Positions 30,728 through 40,992 of a stretch of DNA of 64,000 bases are shown here, in pieces. Each line of letters begins with the position of its first letter. Position 1 is the first letter of the stretch. The notes below the pieces were generated by a model that saw nothing but the letters and a program-made list of their open reading frames with translations, had not been told where the DNA came from and did no database searches. A program made the position numbers and the translations under genes. The DNA lies in contig JAXCHI010000004.1 of the NCBI GenBank assembly GCA_033977065.1, forward strand, positions 192,001 through 256,000, read 5' to 3'. This DNA is from Candidatus Algichlamydia australiensis (GTDB lineage Bacteria > Chlamydiota > Chlamydiia > Chlamydiales > JAJFMI01).

Positions 30728-31127
30728 AAAATTGATAGAGTTTAAACAAAAAAATGATAGCCGCGCGAGGTCTTAAGCGAAGCTCATCCGAAGCGCTCGA
30801 TGGCTTCAGGTCGGCAGTGAAAAATCGCGGAGCAAGAGGAAGGAGCAGTGCTGTGCACGGCCTTAAGTACTCCAAGCCAAAAGTTTTCAGCTTAAAACGG
30901 CGTCAAAGCCACGCGATTGAACTATCGAAATGGACCTAGTATTTTGAATACGAGGTCGATTTCGATAACCCAATCGCGAGAGCTTTCACGTCGTTTAAAG
31001 TTTAAAAACTTTTGGCTTGGAGTACTGAGATGAAACGCGATTTGGCATGGCGAGATGAAGCTCAAGGGGAGCGGGGGCGCAGCCCCGACTGATCTACTTG
31101 GCTATTATTTTTTCTACTAACAATTTT
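30728..31127. mobile_element. GC-rich element with inverted ends, interrupted by a family C palindrome
   Basis: AAAATTGATAG / CTAACAATTTT and AAAAAATGATAGCC / GGCTATTATTTTTT inverted pairs; internal GGGGCGCAGCCCC hairpin. Confidence 0.5.
30866..31026. repeat. Long palindromic element family C, copy 1
   Basis: AGTACTCCAAGCCAAAAGTTTT...AAAACTTTTGGCTTGGAGTACT; the whole 161 bp folds as a hairpin. Confidence 0.85.
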
Positions 31128-31226
31128 AAATTTTATTTTGCCTTCATTAGTCAATGATAATCAATGCTTGGCAAAAAGATCTCTATTGCGTATACTCAAG
31201 ATCTAAATCGAAAATGGATTGTGGCA

Positions 31227-31679
31227 ATGGCCAATACGAGAAATAATCAAACAATTTTTATCACAGCAGAAGAGGCCCAAAAAAACCATAACTGGTTTGT
31301 TGTGGATGCTGCTGGAAAAACACTTGGCCGCTTCGCGTCTGAAGTAGCAAAAATTTTAAGAGGGAAGCACAAGGCAACCTTCACTCCCCATGTGGATTGC
31401 GGTGATGGCATCGTAATTCTCAATGCGGAAAAAATTACTTTAACAGGTAGCAAGCCTGCAAGAAAAACCTACAAGTACCATACAGGTCATGTAGGTGGTC
31501 TTCGTGAGGTAACTTATGCGACTATGCATGAGCGCAAGCCAGATTATATTCTGCGTCATGCGATTCAAAAAATGATGCCACGCACAAAGCTTGGTAGAGC
31601 GCAACTCAAGCGTTTACGTATTTTTGTTGGAGAAGAGCATAATCTGCAAGCGCAGCAACCTGTAAAAATTAATCTTTAG
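31227..31679 (+). CDS. rplM: 50S ribosomal protein L13
   Basis: WFVVDAAGKTLGR, LRGKHK, FTPHVDCGD. Confidence 0.98.
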   Translation: MANTRNNQTIFITAEEAQKNHNWFVVDAAGKTLGRFASEVAKILRGKHKATFTPHVDCGDGIVILNAEKITLTGSKPARKTYKYHTGHVGGLREVTYATMHERKPDYILRHAIQKMMPRTKLGRAQLKRLRIFVGEEHNLQAQQPVKINL

Positions 31680-31685
31680 GAATAG

Positions 31686-32075
31686 ATGATGGAAGAGAAA
31701 CTTGGAGTAGGAAGAAGAAAGAGCGCTGTGGCTTCGGTTCGCGTTCGTAAAGGAAGTGGAAAGTTCACCATTAATGGACGTGAATTAAAAGAGTATTTTC
31801 CTCTAGATTTCCAAAGAGAAATTATCTTGAGTCCCTTGAAAAAATTCGAGCTTGAAAGCGCTTACGATGTCGTTGTAAGCCTGAAAGGTGGAGGAGTAGA
31901 GGCGCAAGCCTCAGCTCTACGTCTTGGAATCTCGCGCGCTCTAGTAGCGGATGATGAGGCGAGACGTGGTGAGCTCAAAGAACTTGGCTTTCTAACGCGT
32001 GATCCGCGTAAAAAAGAACGCAAGAAGTATGGACAGCGCGGTGCCCGTGCACGTTTCCAATTCTCTAAGCGTTAA
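31686..32075 (+). CDS. rpsI: 30S ribosomal protein S9
   Basis: GRRKSAVA, LTRDPRKKERKKYG, QFSKR. Confidence 0.98.
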   Translation: MMEEKLGVGRRKSAVASVRVRKGSGKFTINGRELKEYFPLDFQREIILSPLKKFELESAYDVVVSLKGGGVEAQASALRLGISRALVADDEARRGELKELGFLTRDPRKKERKKYGQRGARARFQFSKR

Positions 32076-32091
32076 TGTTCTATTACAATTC

Positions 32092-32127
32092 AAAAAAAGA
32101 CCTCCCCGATGGGAGGTCTTTTTTTTT
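32092..32127 (+). terminator. Rho-independent terminator after rpsI
   Basis: AAAAAAAGACCTCCC-cgat-GGGAGGTCTTTTTTTTT. Confidence 0.9.
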
Positions 32128-32141
32128 GCCTAAGCTTAATC

Positions 32142-32236
32142 GATATGGCCGCTTATGTCTATCCTATAAGCGGCCATATCTACTTTTGTAAATACGATAT
32201 GGCCGCTTATGTATATCTTATAAGCGGCCATATCGT
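32142..32236. promoter_or_regulatory. Two tandem palindromes upstream of the ATPase gene
   Basis: GATATGGCCGCTTAT-N9-ATAAGCGGCCATATC twice, 54-bp period. Confidence 0.75.
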
Positions 32237-32322
32237 GTTGTTAAATATAGGTGTGGCCCCTTATAATGACGCTATCTAATTGTAAAAAGCTATTCGAACG
32301 CAAAATTTTATAGGTCTTGGGA

Positions 32323-33780
32323 ATGTCTAAAAAAATTATTGGTAGAGAAAGAGAGATAAAAAAACTGGATCAAATTTTATCTTCAAAAGAAGCTGAGTTT
32401 CTTGCTGTTTATGGTCGGCGTCGAGTTGGAAAAACTTTTCTTATTCGAGAATATTTTTCGGAAGCTACAATTTTTGTCGAAGTAGTGGGGGTGAAAGACG
32501 CTTCTATGCAAGTGCAGCTAGAAAATTTTTCTGATGCGCTTTCTCGTGTGCTTTTTGGAGAAGTGCCAGTTAAAATTCCTTCAGATTGGAAAGAAGCTTT
32601 CTCTATGTTTACAAAGGCGTTAGAAAAGCAAGGTAATAAAAAGATTGTTCTTTTTCTTGATGAGCTGCCGTGGCTTGCGACAAAAAAATCAAACTGTGTG
32701 CAGATGATCGATTATTTTTGGAATGCGTATTGGTCAAAATGCCCAAACTTAATTTTAATTGCTTGTGGTTCGGCAGCATCATGGATGTTAGATCATCTTA
32801 TTCACGCTAAAGGAGGGCTTTATAATCGATTGACAAAGAGAATTTTGCTTGAGCCTTTTAGTTTGAGGGAAACAGAGGAGTTTCTGCTTAATCGCTCAGT
32901 ACGCATGTCACGTAAACAAATTATAGAGCTTTATATGGCAGTTGGAGGGATCCCTTACTATCTAAAAGAAGTCAAAAAGGGTCAGTCAGCAACACAAGCA
33001 ATTGATGAACTTTGTTTTACTAAATCGGGGGTTTTGTATGAAGAGTTTACTAACTTGTTTCGGGCCCTTTTTGATCAAGTCGATGCAAACCTTAAGATAG
33101 TAAGCGAGATTGTGAAAGGAGGAAATCAACTTTCTAGGGAGAAACTGATAGAGGCTATGGGAGGATCGTCTGGTGGGAGGATTAACCAGAGATTGCACGA
33201 GCTTGAGGCTTCGGGTTTTATACGCTGTTTTATTCCCTATGGTAAAAAAAAGCGCGATCGTTACTTTCGGATTATCGATGAATATACACTTTTTTATTTA
33301 AAATGGATCAGACCTTTGGCGGTATCTGGTACTTTTGCTGGAAAGGGGGCTTATTGGCAAAAAATTGTAAAGACCCCCGCAAAACTAAGTTGGGCTGGTT
33401 ATGCTTTTGAAAGTATTTGTATTAAGCACATTGATCAAATCAGCTCTGCATTGGGATTCAGTAATATAGCAACAGTTGCTGGAACATGGCGTTATCTCCC
33501 TAGGAAAGGAGCGAAAGATGTGGGTACGCAAATCGATCTTCTCTTTGATCGTAGCGATGGTCTAATTACTCTTTGTGAAATAAAATTCTGGGATCAAGCT
33601 TTCACTATAGATAAGAAGTATGCAAAAAATCTTTTGATGAAAATGGAAATCTTTGAAAAACATTTTGGTACGAATAAGCAGATTGAAATGGCATTTATCT
33701 CAACAAACGGAATAAAGAAAAATATTTGGTCAGAAGATCTTATCCAGCACGATATAACTTTAGAAAGTCTTTTCTTATAA
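32323..33780 (+). CDS. AAA-family ATPase (archaeal-ATPase type) with HTH and PD-(D/E)xK-like C-terminus
   Basis: IIGRERE, YGRRRVGKT Walker A, LFLDELPW Walker B, GGIPYYL, QIDLLF...LCEIKF. Confidence 0.88.
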   Translation: MSKKIIGREREIKKLDQILSSKEAEFLAVYGRRRVGKTFLIREYFSEATIFVEVVGVKDASMQVQLENFSDALSRVLFGEVPVKIPSDWKEAFSMFTKALEKQGNKKIVLFLDELPWLATKKSNCVQMIDYFWNAYWSKCPNLILIACGSAASWMLDHLIHAKGGLYNRLTKRILLEPFSLRETEEFLLNRSVRMSRKQIIELYMAVGGIPYYLKEVKKGQSATQAIDELCFTKSGVLYEEFTNLFRALFDQVDANLKIVSEIVKGGNQLSREKLIEAMGGSSGGRINQRLHELEASGFIRCFIPYGKKKRDRYFRIIDEYTLFYLKWIRPLAVSGTFAGKGAYWQKIVKTPAKLSWAGYAFESICIKHIDQISSALGFSNIATVAGTWRYLPRKGAKDVGTQIDLLFDRSDGLITLCEIKFWDQAFTIDKKYAKNLLMKMEIFEKHFGTNKQIEMAFISTNGIKKNIWSEDLIQHDITLESLFL

Positions 33781-34486
33781 TTTTTGAAAAATGTTTTGCG
33801 AAGGTGTGAGAAAGAGGGGTGCAGTAACCAAGGGCAAGAGTTAAGATTGCGATGGAAGCAGAACCAACAAGAATGTCAGAGAGCCAGTGGGCCCCTACAA
33901 TAAGCCGCGGGGCGATGAAAAAGAGGGAGTAGAGTGTGGCAAAGAGGCCGGCACGCGCTCCCATAAGAGTGTGAATTACACCAACAAAGAGGCAGGCAGT
34001 GGTGCCGTGATCTGCTGGAAAGGAGCAGCGAGAGTAGTCTTTCACAAAAAACCAAGTTATTTTTTCAGAAAGACGCGTGCTTTCAGGAAAGTAGAGTGTG
34101 GGGGAGTTACGGGGAATATGCCATCTGTTTGCAAGAAGTGTTTTGTTAATGTAGGTAATGACAAGGGCAGCGAGTAGAACAGCAAAGAGAATTTGCGCGA
34201 TACGATAGGTTTTTTCTCCTTTTGGGGCGCGTTTGACATAAGTAATAAAGAAGCAGAGAAAGACAAGGTCGTGAATCCAGTCAAATTTTTTATAGTTGAC
34301 GATAGCCCAAAATTTTTGTGAAATAGGATTTGTTGCAATCCAGCTATTTAGAAATAAAAAAAGTTTTTGATCGATGATGTCCCAGAGAAAGCGTGTAGGC
34401 GGAAAGAGCATTGAGCTAAGAAGCAGCGCAACGAAAAGAAGAGCGAGTCCCATTCCTTTTAAATTCCAATTTATGCTTTGATCCAT
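33740..34486 (-). CDS. PAP2 family phosphatase
   Basis: SFPADHG and PRLIVGAHWLSD motifs; multiple TM segments. Confidence 0.88.
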   Translation of the reverse strand: MDQSINWNLKGMGLALLFVALLLSSMLFPPTRFLWDIIDQKLFLFLNSWIATNPISQKFWAIVNYKKFDWIHDLVFLCFFITYVKRAPKGEKTYRIAQILFAVLLAALVITYINKTLLANRWHIPRNSPTLYFPESTRLSEKITWFFVKDYSRCSFPADHGTTACLFVGVIHTLMGARAGLFATLYSLFFIAPRLIVGAHWLSDILVGSASIAILTLALGYCTPLSHTFAKHFSKIIRKDFLKLYRAG

Positions 34487-35487
34487 CGCAGTAAAAAATA
34501 GAGTTCAAGTGCAATAGGGAAAGGGAGCACTGCCAAGTAGGGGGGAAGTGTTCCACTTTCTCCAATAATCGCACCTGCGTTCATTATAGAGAAAAAGGCG
34601 AAAAACCCAAAGAGGCTAAGTGCGAAAGTTGTTAAATGGCGCTTGTCTCTTGCAAAGCTTGTAGCTGTAGGGACGATGGCTGTGACGATAATCAGCGAAA
34701 GAAGTGGTAGCATGAGCTTGAGCCAAATTTGTGTTTGGGCTTTCTCTTCATGCCGCATTTTCCACAGTTTTCGGATGGGAAGGTCCTCTTCGCTTTTCTG
34801 TTTTTGAATTTTCAATGTAGTAAGTGGAAGGGAAAAGGTAGTGAAGGATTCGATTTTTTCTAGCTGCCTCTTCTCGTTGCGGGCAAAGTGATCAACAAGG
34901 GTTCCCTCTTTGCTTAGCTTCATGGTTTTCGCATACCAAATATCATCTAAGTTTTTTACGTAGTAGAGATCATAAAAGGTTTTTGTTGTGGGGTCGTAGC
35001 GCTGATAGATAAGTTTGCTACCATCAACTAGGTCGCGCTCTTGAATTTTTTTTCGGCTCTTTTTGCCTGAGGTCAGGTGAGATTTTTGAAAGGATGTGAT
35101 CATCTTTTCAGCATTTGGTAGGAAAAATTCTGTTGAGATGTAGAGGAAAGAGGTGCAACAAAGTGCCGCTATCAGAAAAGGTAGGGCTATTTTTCTTTTG
35201 GAAACACCTGCGCTTTGTAGGGCTACAATTTCAAAGTGGCGGTTCATCGATATTAAAATTTTCATTGAAGCGATGAGGAGTGAGAGAGGGATCAAAATTG
35301 GCAGCTGTTTAATGAGCTGGCAGAGGTAGTAAAGGGAGATCTCTTGAAGAGGTATATGGCGATTTTTAAAAAACTCTTGGATGTGGGCAGAGTAATCGCT
35401 AATCACAAGAAAAATATAGAAAAGAAGAAGAAAGAAAAAGATGTGTTTGAAGATATCGAGTAAAAGGTGACGGTTGAGAGTTTTCAT
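34471..35487 (-). CDS. lptG: LPS export permease (LptF/LptG family)
   Basis: EIVALQSAGVS motif, 6-TM layout, paired with paralog. Confidence 0.8.
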   Translation of the reverse strand: MKTLNRHLLLDIFKHIFFFLLLFYIFLVISDYSAHIQEFFKNRHIPLQEISLYYLCQLIKQLPILIPLSLLIASMKILISMNRHFEIVALQSAGVSKRKIALPFLIAALCCTSFLYISTEFFLPNAEKMITSFQKSHLTSGKKSRKKIQERDLVDGSKLIYQRYDPTTKTFYDLYYVKNLDDIWYAKTMKLSKEGTLVDHFARNEKRQLEKIESFTTFSLPLTTLKIQKQKSEEDLPIRKLWKMRHEEKAQTQIWLKLMLPLLSLIIVTAIVPTATSFARDKRHLTTFALSLFGFFAFFSIMNAGAIIGESGTLPPYLAVLPFPIALELYFLLRWIKA

Positions 35488-36572
35488 TCGCTCCCTCGCA
35501 TGATTTTTTGTAGATAGAGTAGGCTAAAGAGAAGAATAGCAAGTTGTGGCACGAAGTGGCAGAGAGAGGATTTCATACCGGAATATTGAAATGATTTAGC
35601 CGAGATAAAGCTAAAGAGGACAATGATTGCAAAAATTGTGGCGGTGATAATGCCACGCTTTTTCTTCTCTCGTCCAATTTCAATACCGAAGACAGCTCCA
35701 ATGGTTGTCATAGTAAAGGCTGAGAGGGAGAGTGAAAAACGGCGAGCTAGTTCTACTAGTGTGCGCTGTTTATCTTTTCTTTTTTCAGAGAGGTGTCCGT
35801 TGATTAACATCCATTTTAAAGGCAAGTGCTCCGCTTTTAGCCTCCATCCCTTTCCCTGTAGCTTTTCTGCTAAGCGCCGCGCTTTTGTTGTCTCTAAGGC
35901 GGCATTTTCAATCAGTAGATGATCTTCTCCTTCTTGGTTTGTTACATGTGTAATAACAGAGACATCTTTTGCTCTCAATAGACCGTGACGGATTTTTAAT
36001 TTTTTTGAGAGCACAAGTGTGATGCGATCGCTCTTTTTATCGTTCATGGCAAAGAGAAGGTTCTTTGCTGCCACACCTTTCTCTTCGCACTCCATTTCAA
36101 CAATTGCGTCTGTAAGTTTCATGCGTTTGTTTTTCTCTAGAAGAATCAAGGGGTTTGAGACGGTTGTTTTGTAAATGAGATCGTGAGTTAGAAAACGTGC
36201 ATGAGGGGTGAGCTCTGAGGCAATAAGAAAAACAAGAAGAGAAAGAGCGAGACCGCAAGAGAATAGAGGGGCTAGGATCTGTCCAAGGGAAATACCGAAG
36301 GAGCGCATGGCGGTAAGTTCGCAGCTGCGAGAAAGAGATTGTGTGAGAACAAGTGCAGAGAGGAGGCTTGAAATAGAGATGGCAAAGGGAAGGATGTAGG
36401 GAATTTGATAGAGGGTAAAAAGAGTAATGTCTTGAATATGAAAAGAGAGAGTGGCAAAGGTTGCGATCTCTTTTAGGCGAAGAAGAAGTAAGACGGCAAT
36501 GAAAGCAAGAACAGACAAAGTAATTACTTGAAAGTAGCGCTTAAGTAGGGTTTTCCACAGAAGGGGTAGCAT
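35484..36572 (-). CDS. lptF: LPS export permease (LptF/LptG family)
   Basis: QIPYILPFAI, ELTAMRSFGISL. Confidence 0.8.
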   Translation of the reverse strand: MLPLLWKTLLKRYFQVITLSVLAFIAVLLLLRLKEIATFATLSFHIQDITLFTLYQIPYILPFAISISSLLSALVLTQSLSRSCELTAMRSFGISLGQILAPLFSCGLALSLLVFLIASELTPHARFLTHDLIYKTTVSNPLILLEKNKRMKLTDAIVEMECEEKGVAAKNLLFAMNDKKSDRITLVLSKKLKIRHGLLRAKDVSVITHVTNQEGEDHLLIENAALETTKARRLAEKLQGKGWRLKAEHLPLKWMLINGHLSEKRKDKQRTLVELARRFSLSLSAFTMTTIGAVFGIEIGREKKKRGIITATIFAIIVLFSFISAKSFQYSGMKSSLCHFVPQLAILLFSLLYLQKIMRGSE

Positions 36573-36608
36573 TGACAATCACAAGAGGGGTTTGAGACAA
36601 TACTATCT

Positions 36609-37373
36609 ATGAAAGAGAATCCCGTCATCCCCTTTTTACGAAAACAGTGGAACCAGAAGAGTCCTCTGCTTCTTGGTTTCTCTGGTGGCCCCGATTCTAT
36701 GGCACTACTTCATATGCTACTAAAAGTAAAAATCCCTCTTCATCTTGCCCATGTGGACCATGGAATGCGTGAAGAGGGAGAGAAAGAGGCGCAGCTGTTA
36801 GCTGGCTATGCAGATAAGTTGGGGTTGCCTTTCCATCTAAGGACACTGCGTGGAATTTCAGGTAGAAATTTGGAAGAGCGCTTTCGCGATGAACGAAGAA
36901 AATTTTTTATTGAGCTAACTGAAAAATTTTCTTTTCAAGCTCTCTTATTGGGACATCATGCGGATGATCAAGCAGAGGTGGTACTTAAAAGAATTTTAGA
37001 AGGGGCGCGTCTCTACAATTTGGGAGGAATGGCTCCTGTTTCTAAGCAAGAGAAGCTTACGATTTGGCGTCCTCTTTTAGGGATGCGCAAAGAGGTTTTA
37101 ATAAAATTTTTACATTACAAGGGTGTTCACGCATTTGAAGATCGCACTAATTCTAATTTGCACTATCTCCGCGCGCGGATGAGGGCGGAAATTTTTCCCT
37201 ACTTGGAAAAAAAATTTGGCAAGCAGGTACGCATGAGTCTTTGTCGATTAGCAGAAGAATCACGTGGGGAAAAGGAGCGTTTGCGTATGGCGTATGCTCT
37301 TGAACAAGAAGGGAAAAAGTCTAATAGTGAGCAGTTAAGACAGATCTTGAGAAGCGCGTGCACAAAAGAGTAA
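36609..37373 (+). CDS. tilS: tRNA(Ile)-lysidine synthetase, short form
   Basis: SGGPDSMAL, HVDHGMR, GHHADDQAE, RPLL, EDRTN; precedes ftsH. Confidence 0.93.
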   Translation: MKENPVIPFLRKQWNQKSPLLLGFSGGPDSMALLHMLLKVKIPLHLAHVDHGMREEGEKEAQLLAGYADKLGLPFHLRTLRGISGRNLEERFRDERRKFFIELTEKFSFQALLLGHHADDQAEVVLKRILEGARLYNLGGMAPVSKQEKLTIWRPLLGMRKEVLIKFLHYKGVHAFEDRTNSNLHYLRARMRAEIFPYLEKKFGKQVRMSLCRLAEESRGEKERLRMAYALEQEGKKSNSEQLRQILRSACTKE

Positions 37374-37479
37374 AATTTGTTAGAATTGCTTGAGAGGTAG
37401 TTGACCCTTCTTTATTTTTTAGTTGTCTTTTAGAGTTAATTACAGGTAAATAAGAAATAGAAGTGAAATAATTATTTAT

Positions 37480-40227
37480 ATGGCGCGAAAAGATAATAAT
37501 CCTAATAAAGACGGTAAAAAAAGTTTTCCAGGCGGATGGCTCCTAATCGGGCTTGCTTCTGTTCTGGTTTTTCTCACAGTTCAGAATCTCTCTTCTGAAA
37601 AAAAGGCAGAAGTCTCTTACTCTCATCAGGCAGAGCATCTTGTGAACTTAGATCTTATTCACAAGAATGAGAGTCGCAAAATTTCTCTTGGTGGAAACCT
37701 TGTCACTTTTACTGGTCGTTTTAAGGATGGAGTTAGTGAGGTGGCTAACCAGCGCTATCGCTTTCTTGAGTTGCTTGAGAAAAATCACGAGTATCGCTCC
37801 GAATTGCAAGACTTAAATGTCTCACTTAACGAGTTAGAGATTGAGGTGAAACAGGCGGCTACAGCTTATCTGCAGCTGATGGGAGAAAAAGTCACCGCGT
37901 CCGGCTATCCCGTCATTGAGCAGAGTTACGATCGCCCTGAGCGCATCAGCTCAATTATTATCGATCGAAAAATAGCAAAGGCTCCAATCAATTTGCTAGA
38001 GTTAGAGAAGCTTGCTGCGAAAGCAAAAATGCAATCTTCAGAGGTTGATACTCTAGGTTCTCAATTAAAAGTTTTCGTGGAGAATTTACTTTCTCCAGCT
38101 GTTGGTGTAGGGAGTGAAGAGCTAAAAGAGGAGCTGAAGGGGCTTGATCAGCGAGTTAGTCAGATCAACCAAGACGCTTCTTTATCCGCTGCTGAAAAAC
38201 TCTCTAGCTATATGGTGTCTCTTAACAAAGTTGACAAGATTAAAAATGAGATTGAGAAAGAGGTTGACCACGCGCGTCTTCTTCCACTCCGTTCTGTCCG
38301 CAAGTATCTTGAAAACTTAGAGCAATTCCAATATGTCACAAACGAGCTTGATAAGAATACATTTCAACTGCAGAAAGCGCGCTCTCAGGTGGCAAAGGTT
38401 ATCTGGTTTTTTAATAACAAAGAACTCTCTACCAAGGCTTTAGAAAGAGAAAATGCAGAGGAGTACCACCACTGGTTCATGGCAGCTAGTCAAGAGTGGG
38501 CGAACTATCCGCAAAATCAATCCACTGTTTTCAAGGCTCCCGACCAACCTAGAAATGCTGTTGTAGAAAAAAACTTTAAGAGCGAAGAGCCTTCTCCTAA
38601 TTATATGAGTTACCTCTTTACTCTGATGCCAATTTTATTGATTCTCTTCCTTCTCTACTATGTCTTTGCGCGTCAAATGAAGGGCATGGGAGGTAGTGGA
38701 GCGATGAACTTTGGGAAATCGCCTGCTAAGATGCTTCACCAAGATATGCTTAAGGTTACATTCAAAGATGTTGCAGGTGTTGAAGAAGCAAAAGAGGAGC
38801 TAGAGGAGATTGTTGACTTTTTGAAAGATCCTACCAAATTTACTTCTCTTGGTGCTCGTATTCCAAAAGGAGTTCTTTGCGTTGGTCCTCCAGGGACAGG
38901 AAAGACTTTAATTGCTCGTGCGGTTGCAGGGGAAGCGGATCGTCCCTTCTTCTCTATTTCAGGTTCTGATTTTGTCGAGATGTTTGTTGGAGTTGGTGCT
39001 TCAAGAATTCGTGATCTCTTTGCGCAAGCAAAGAAGAATGCCCCTTGTATTGTCTTTATTGATGAGATCGACGCTGTTGGGCGCCATCGCGGTGGTGGTG
39101 TAGGCGGAGGTCATGATGAGCGTGAGCAGACCCTTAACCAGCTTCTTGTAGAGATGGATGGATTTGATACCAATGAGGGTGTCATCTTAGTTGCTGCAAC
39201 AAACCGTCCAGATGTTTTGGACAAAGCTCTACTTCGTCCAGGTCGATTTGATCGCCGTGTTGTACTTGACCTTCCCGATTTGAAAGGACGATTTGAAATT
39301 TTAAAAGTGCATGCTCGCAAAATTAAGTTAGATGAAAATGTTGAGCTGATGGAAATTGCGCGAGGCACAGCAGGTGCGTCGGGTGCAGACCTCATGAATA
39401 TTTTAAATGAGGCAGCTCTAATGGCTGCTCGTAATGGCCGAAGCGCTGTTACTCATGCAGAAGCCAAAGATGCGATGGATAAGGTCCGCTACGGGAAAGA
39501 GCGTCGCTCACTTGAGCGTGATGAACAAGAGAAGCTTACAACTGCTTATCATGAGTCGGGTCACGCTGTTGTAGGACTTGTTGTTGAGCATGGGGATCCT
39601 GTTGATAAAGTAACGATCATTCCTCGTGGATTTTCTCTTGGTGCTACGCACTTCTTACCGAAGAAAAATCGCGTAAGCTACTGGAAAAAAGAACTTCTTG
39701 ACCAACTCGCAACTTTGATGGGAGGGCGCATTGCTGAAGAGATCTTTGTTGGAGATATTTCAAGCGGGGCGCAGATGGATATTGAGCAGGCAACAAAACT
39801 TGCTAGATCCATGGTTTGCCAATGGGGAATGACAGAGCATCTCGGTGCTGTAGCTTATGATGATCAGTCCGAGTCGGGGCGTTTTTTAACACCTGATGGC
39901 TCTATTTCCAAGAAAAACTACTCTGAAGAGACAGCTAAGGCGATTGATGAAGAGGTACGCAAACTTGTTGATGAGGGATACACGCGTGCAAAAAACATCA
40001 TTTTAGAAAAGAGGGAAGAGTTGGAACTCATGACACAGATGTTAATGGAGTTTGAGAGCTTGGACAAAGATGATGTGATTGAGATCATTGAAGGGAAGTG
40101 GGATGTTGAAGCAAAACGTGCTAAAATGAAAGAGCTAGAGCAAAAGGCGCAGCGTAAAACTCCACCACCACCTCCAGAAGAGATTCGCCCGATCGATACA
40201 ATTGATCCTTCTCCCCAGGGAGCGTAA
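37480..40227 (+). CDS. ftsH: ATP-dependent zinc metalloprotease FtsH with large chlamydial periplasmic insert
   Basis: [30 protein letters not shown]. Confidence 0.98.
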   Translation: MARKDNNPNKDGKKSFPGGWLLIGLASVLVFLTVQNLSSEKKAEVSYSHQAEHLVNLDLIHKNESRKISLGGNLVTFTGRFKDGVSEVANQRYRFLELLEKNHEYRSELQDLNVSLNELEIEVKQAATAYLQLMGEKVTASGYPVIEQSYDRPERISSIIIDRKIAKAPINLLELEKLAAKAKMQSSEVDTLGSQLKVFVENLLSPAVGVGSEELKEELKGLDQRVSQINQDASLSAAEKLSSYMVSLNKVDKIKNEIEKEVDHARLLPLRSVRKYLENLEQFQYVTNELDKNTFQLQKARSQVAKVIWFFNNKELSTKALERENAEEYHHWFMAASQEWANYPQNQSTVFKAPDQPRNAVVEKNFKSEEPSPNYMSYLFTLMPILLILFLLYYVFARQMKGMGGSGAMNFGKSPAKMLHQDMLKVTFKDVAGVEEAKEELEEIVDFLKDPTKFTSLGARIPKGVLCVGPPGTGKTLIARAVAGEADRPFFSISGSDFVEMFVGVGASRIRDLFAQAKKNAPCIVFIDEIDAVGRHRGGGVGGGHDEREQTLNQLLVEMDGFDTNEGVILVAATNRPDVLDKALLRPGRFDRRVVLDLPDLKGRFEILKVHARKIKLDENVELMEIARGTAGASGADLMNILNEAALMAARNGRSAVTHAEAKDAMDKVRYGKERRSLERDEQEKLTTAYHESGHAVVGLVVEHGDPVDKVTIIPRGFSLGATHFLPKKNRVSYWKKELLDQLATLMGGRIAEEIFVGDISSGAQMDIEQATKLARSMVCQWGMTEHLGAVAYDDQSESGRFLTPDGSISKKNYSEETAKAIDEEVRKLVDEGYTRAKNIILEKREELELMTQMLMEFESLDKDDVIEIIEGKWDVEAKRAKMKELEQKAQRKTPPPPPEEIRPIDTIDPSPQGA

Positions 40228-40290
40228 ATTTATCCTCTGAATATACACAAAAAAAATTTGATGTATACTGTGAGATTCAGGGGAGGATAA

Positions 40291-40797
40291 ATGAAAGTTA
40301 AGGAAGTACTGAAGGGCCCAATTTTTTCGAACTCGCTAATTCTTATGGATTTAGTTCCGTTCTTCAAAGCCAGTTTTGCCTCAATTTTCAAAATCTTATC
40401 AAAAGGAGCTGCTATTCAGCATCTTCTTAAGAGCAGAAGCTTGGTTTTGTTCGGCTCTTTTTTTCTCTTTCTTGCAACGTTAAACGGCACCGAAACGAGT
40501 CAATATCGGGAAATGAGCATTGAAGAGTTAAGAGATGAGTGTGAAAGACTTGAAAGCAAACGCGATACTCTTGTCTCTGCCTACAAAGAGATCTGGAAAA
40601 AACATGTGGAAATTCAATCTGAATTAGCAAGCAGAGAGACAGAGCACACTTCTCTACAGAGTGATTATGATGGGCTGAAAAGACGGCACAAAAGATTGCA
40701 GCTGCGGCTTGAGAACATGCAAAAAAGTCACAAAGAAAGAGAGAACCGACTTAAAAAAGAGATCGACTCTCTTAGAAAGCGATTAAAGAGACACTGA
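40291..40797 (+). CDS. Hypothetical coiled-coil protein with a hydrophobic anchor or signal segment
   Basis: GGAGG Shine-Dalgarno; heptad-rich C-terminal half. Confidence 0.6.
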   Translation: MKVKEVLKGPIFSNSLILMDLVPFFKASFASIFKILSKGAAIQHLLKSRSLVLFGSFFLFLATLNGTETSQYREMSIEELRDECERLESKRDTLVSAYKEIWKKHVEIQSELASRETEHTSLQSDYDGLKRRHKRLQLRLENMQKSHKERENRLKKEIDSLRKRLKRH

Positions 40798-40984
40798 AGA
40801 ATTCAGATCTTCTATTGGTACAACAGTTATTTAGCATCAATCCTGAACAACCCGTGCACTGCTATCTCGGCCGAAAAAAGAGTTTTTCAACCTCCAGTAA
40901 CTGTATGCAGTTATTGGAGGCTGCCAAAAGTTTTTTTAGAATTTTCGGTTCGACCGTCTAGCACAGCATTTATCTTGTGCTTCC
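40787..40984. mobile_element. MITE family A, copy 2 (composite/degenerate)
   Basis: TTAA|AGAGACACTGAAGAAT; internal CTATCTCGGCCGAAAA and TTTAGAATTTTCGGTTCGACC shared with copy 1. Confidence 0.7.
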
Positions 40985-40992
40985 AAGATGGT

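Noticed and set aside
30800..30855. SRP (4.5S) RNA, from CAGGTC...GGAAGGAGCAG
   Set aside because: The motif halves are separated by ~25 nt and I could not build the conserved helix; an Rfam scan would settle it
32142..32270. CRISPR array
   Set aside because: Only two palindromic units with a ~15-bp gap and no cas genes
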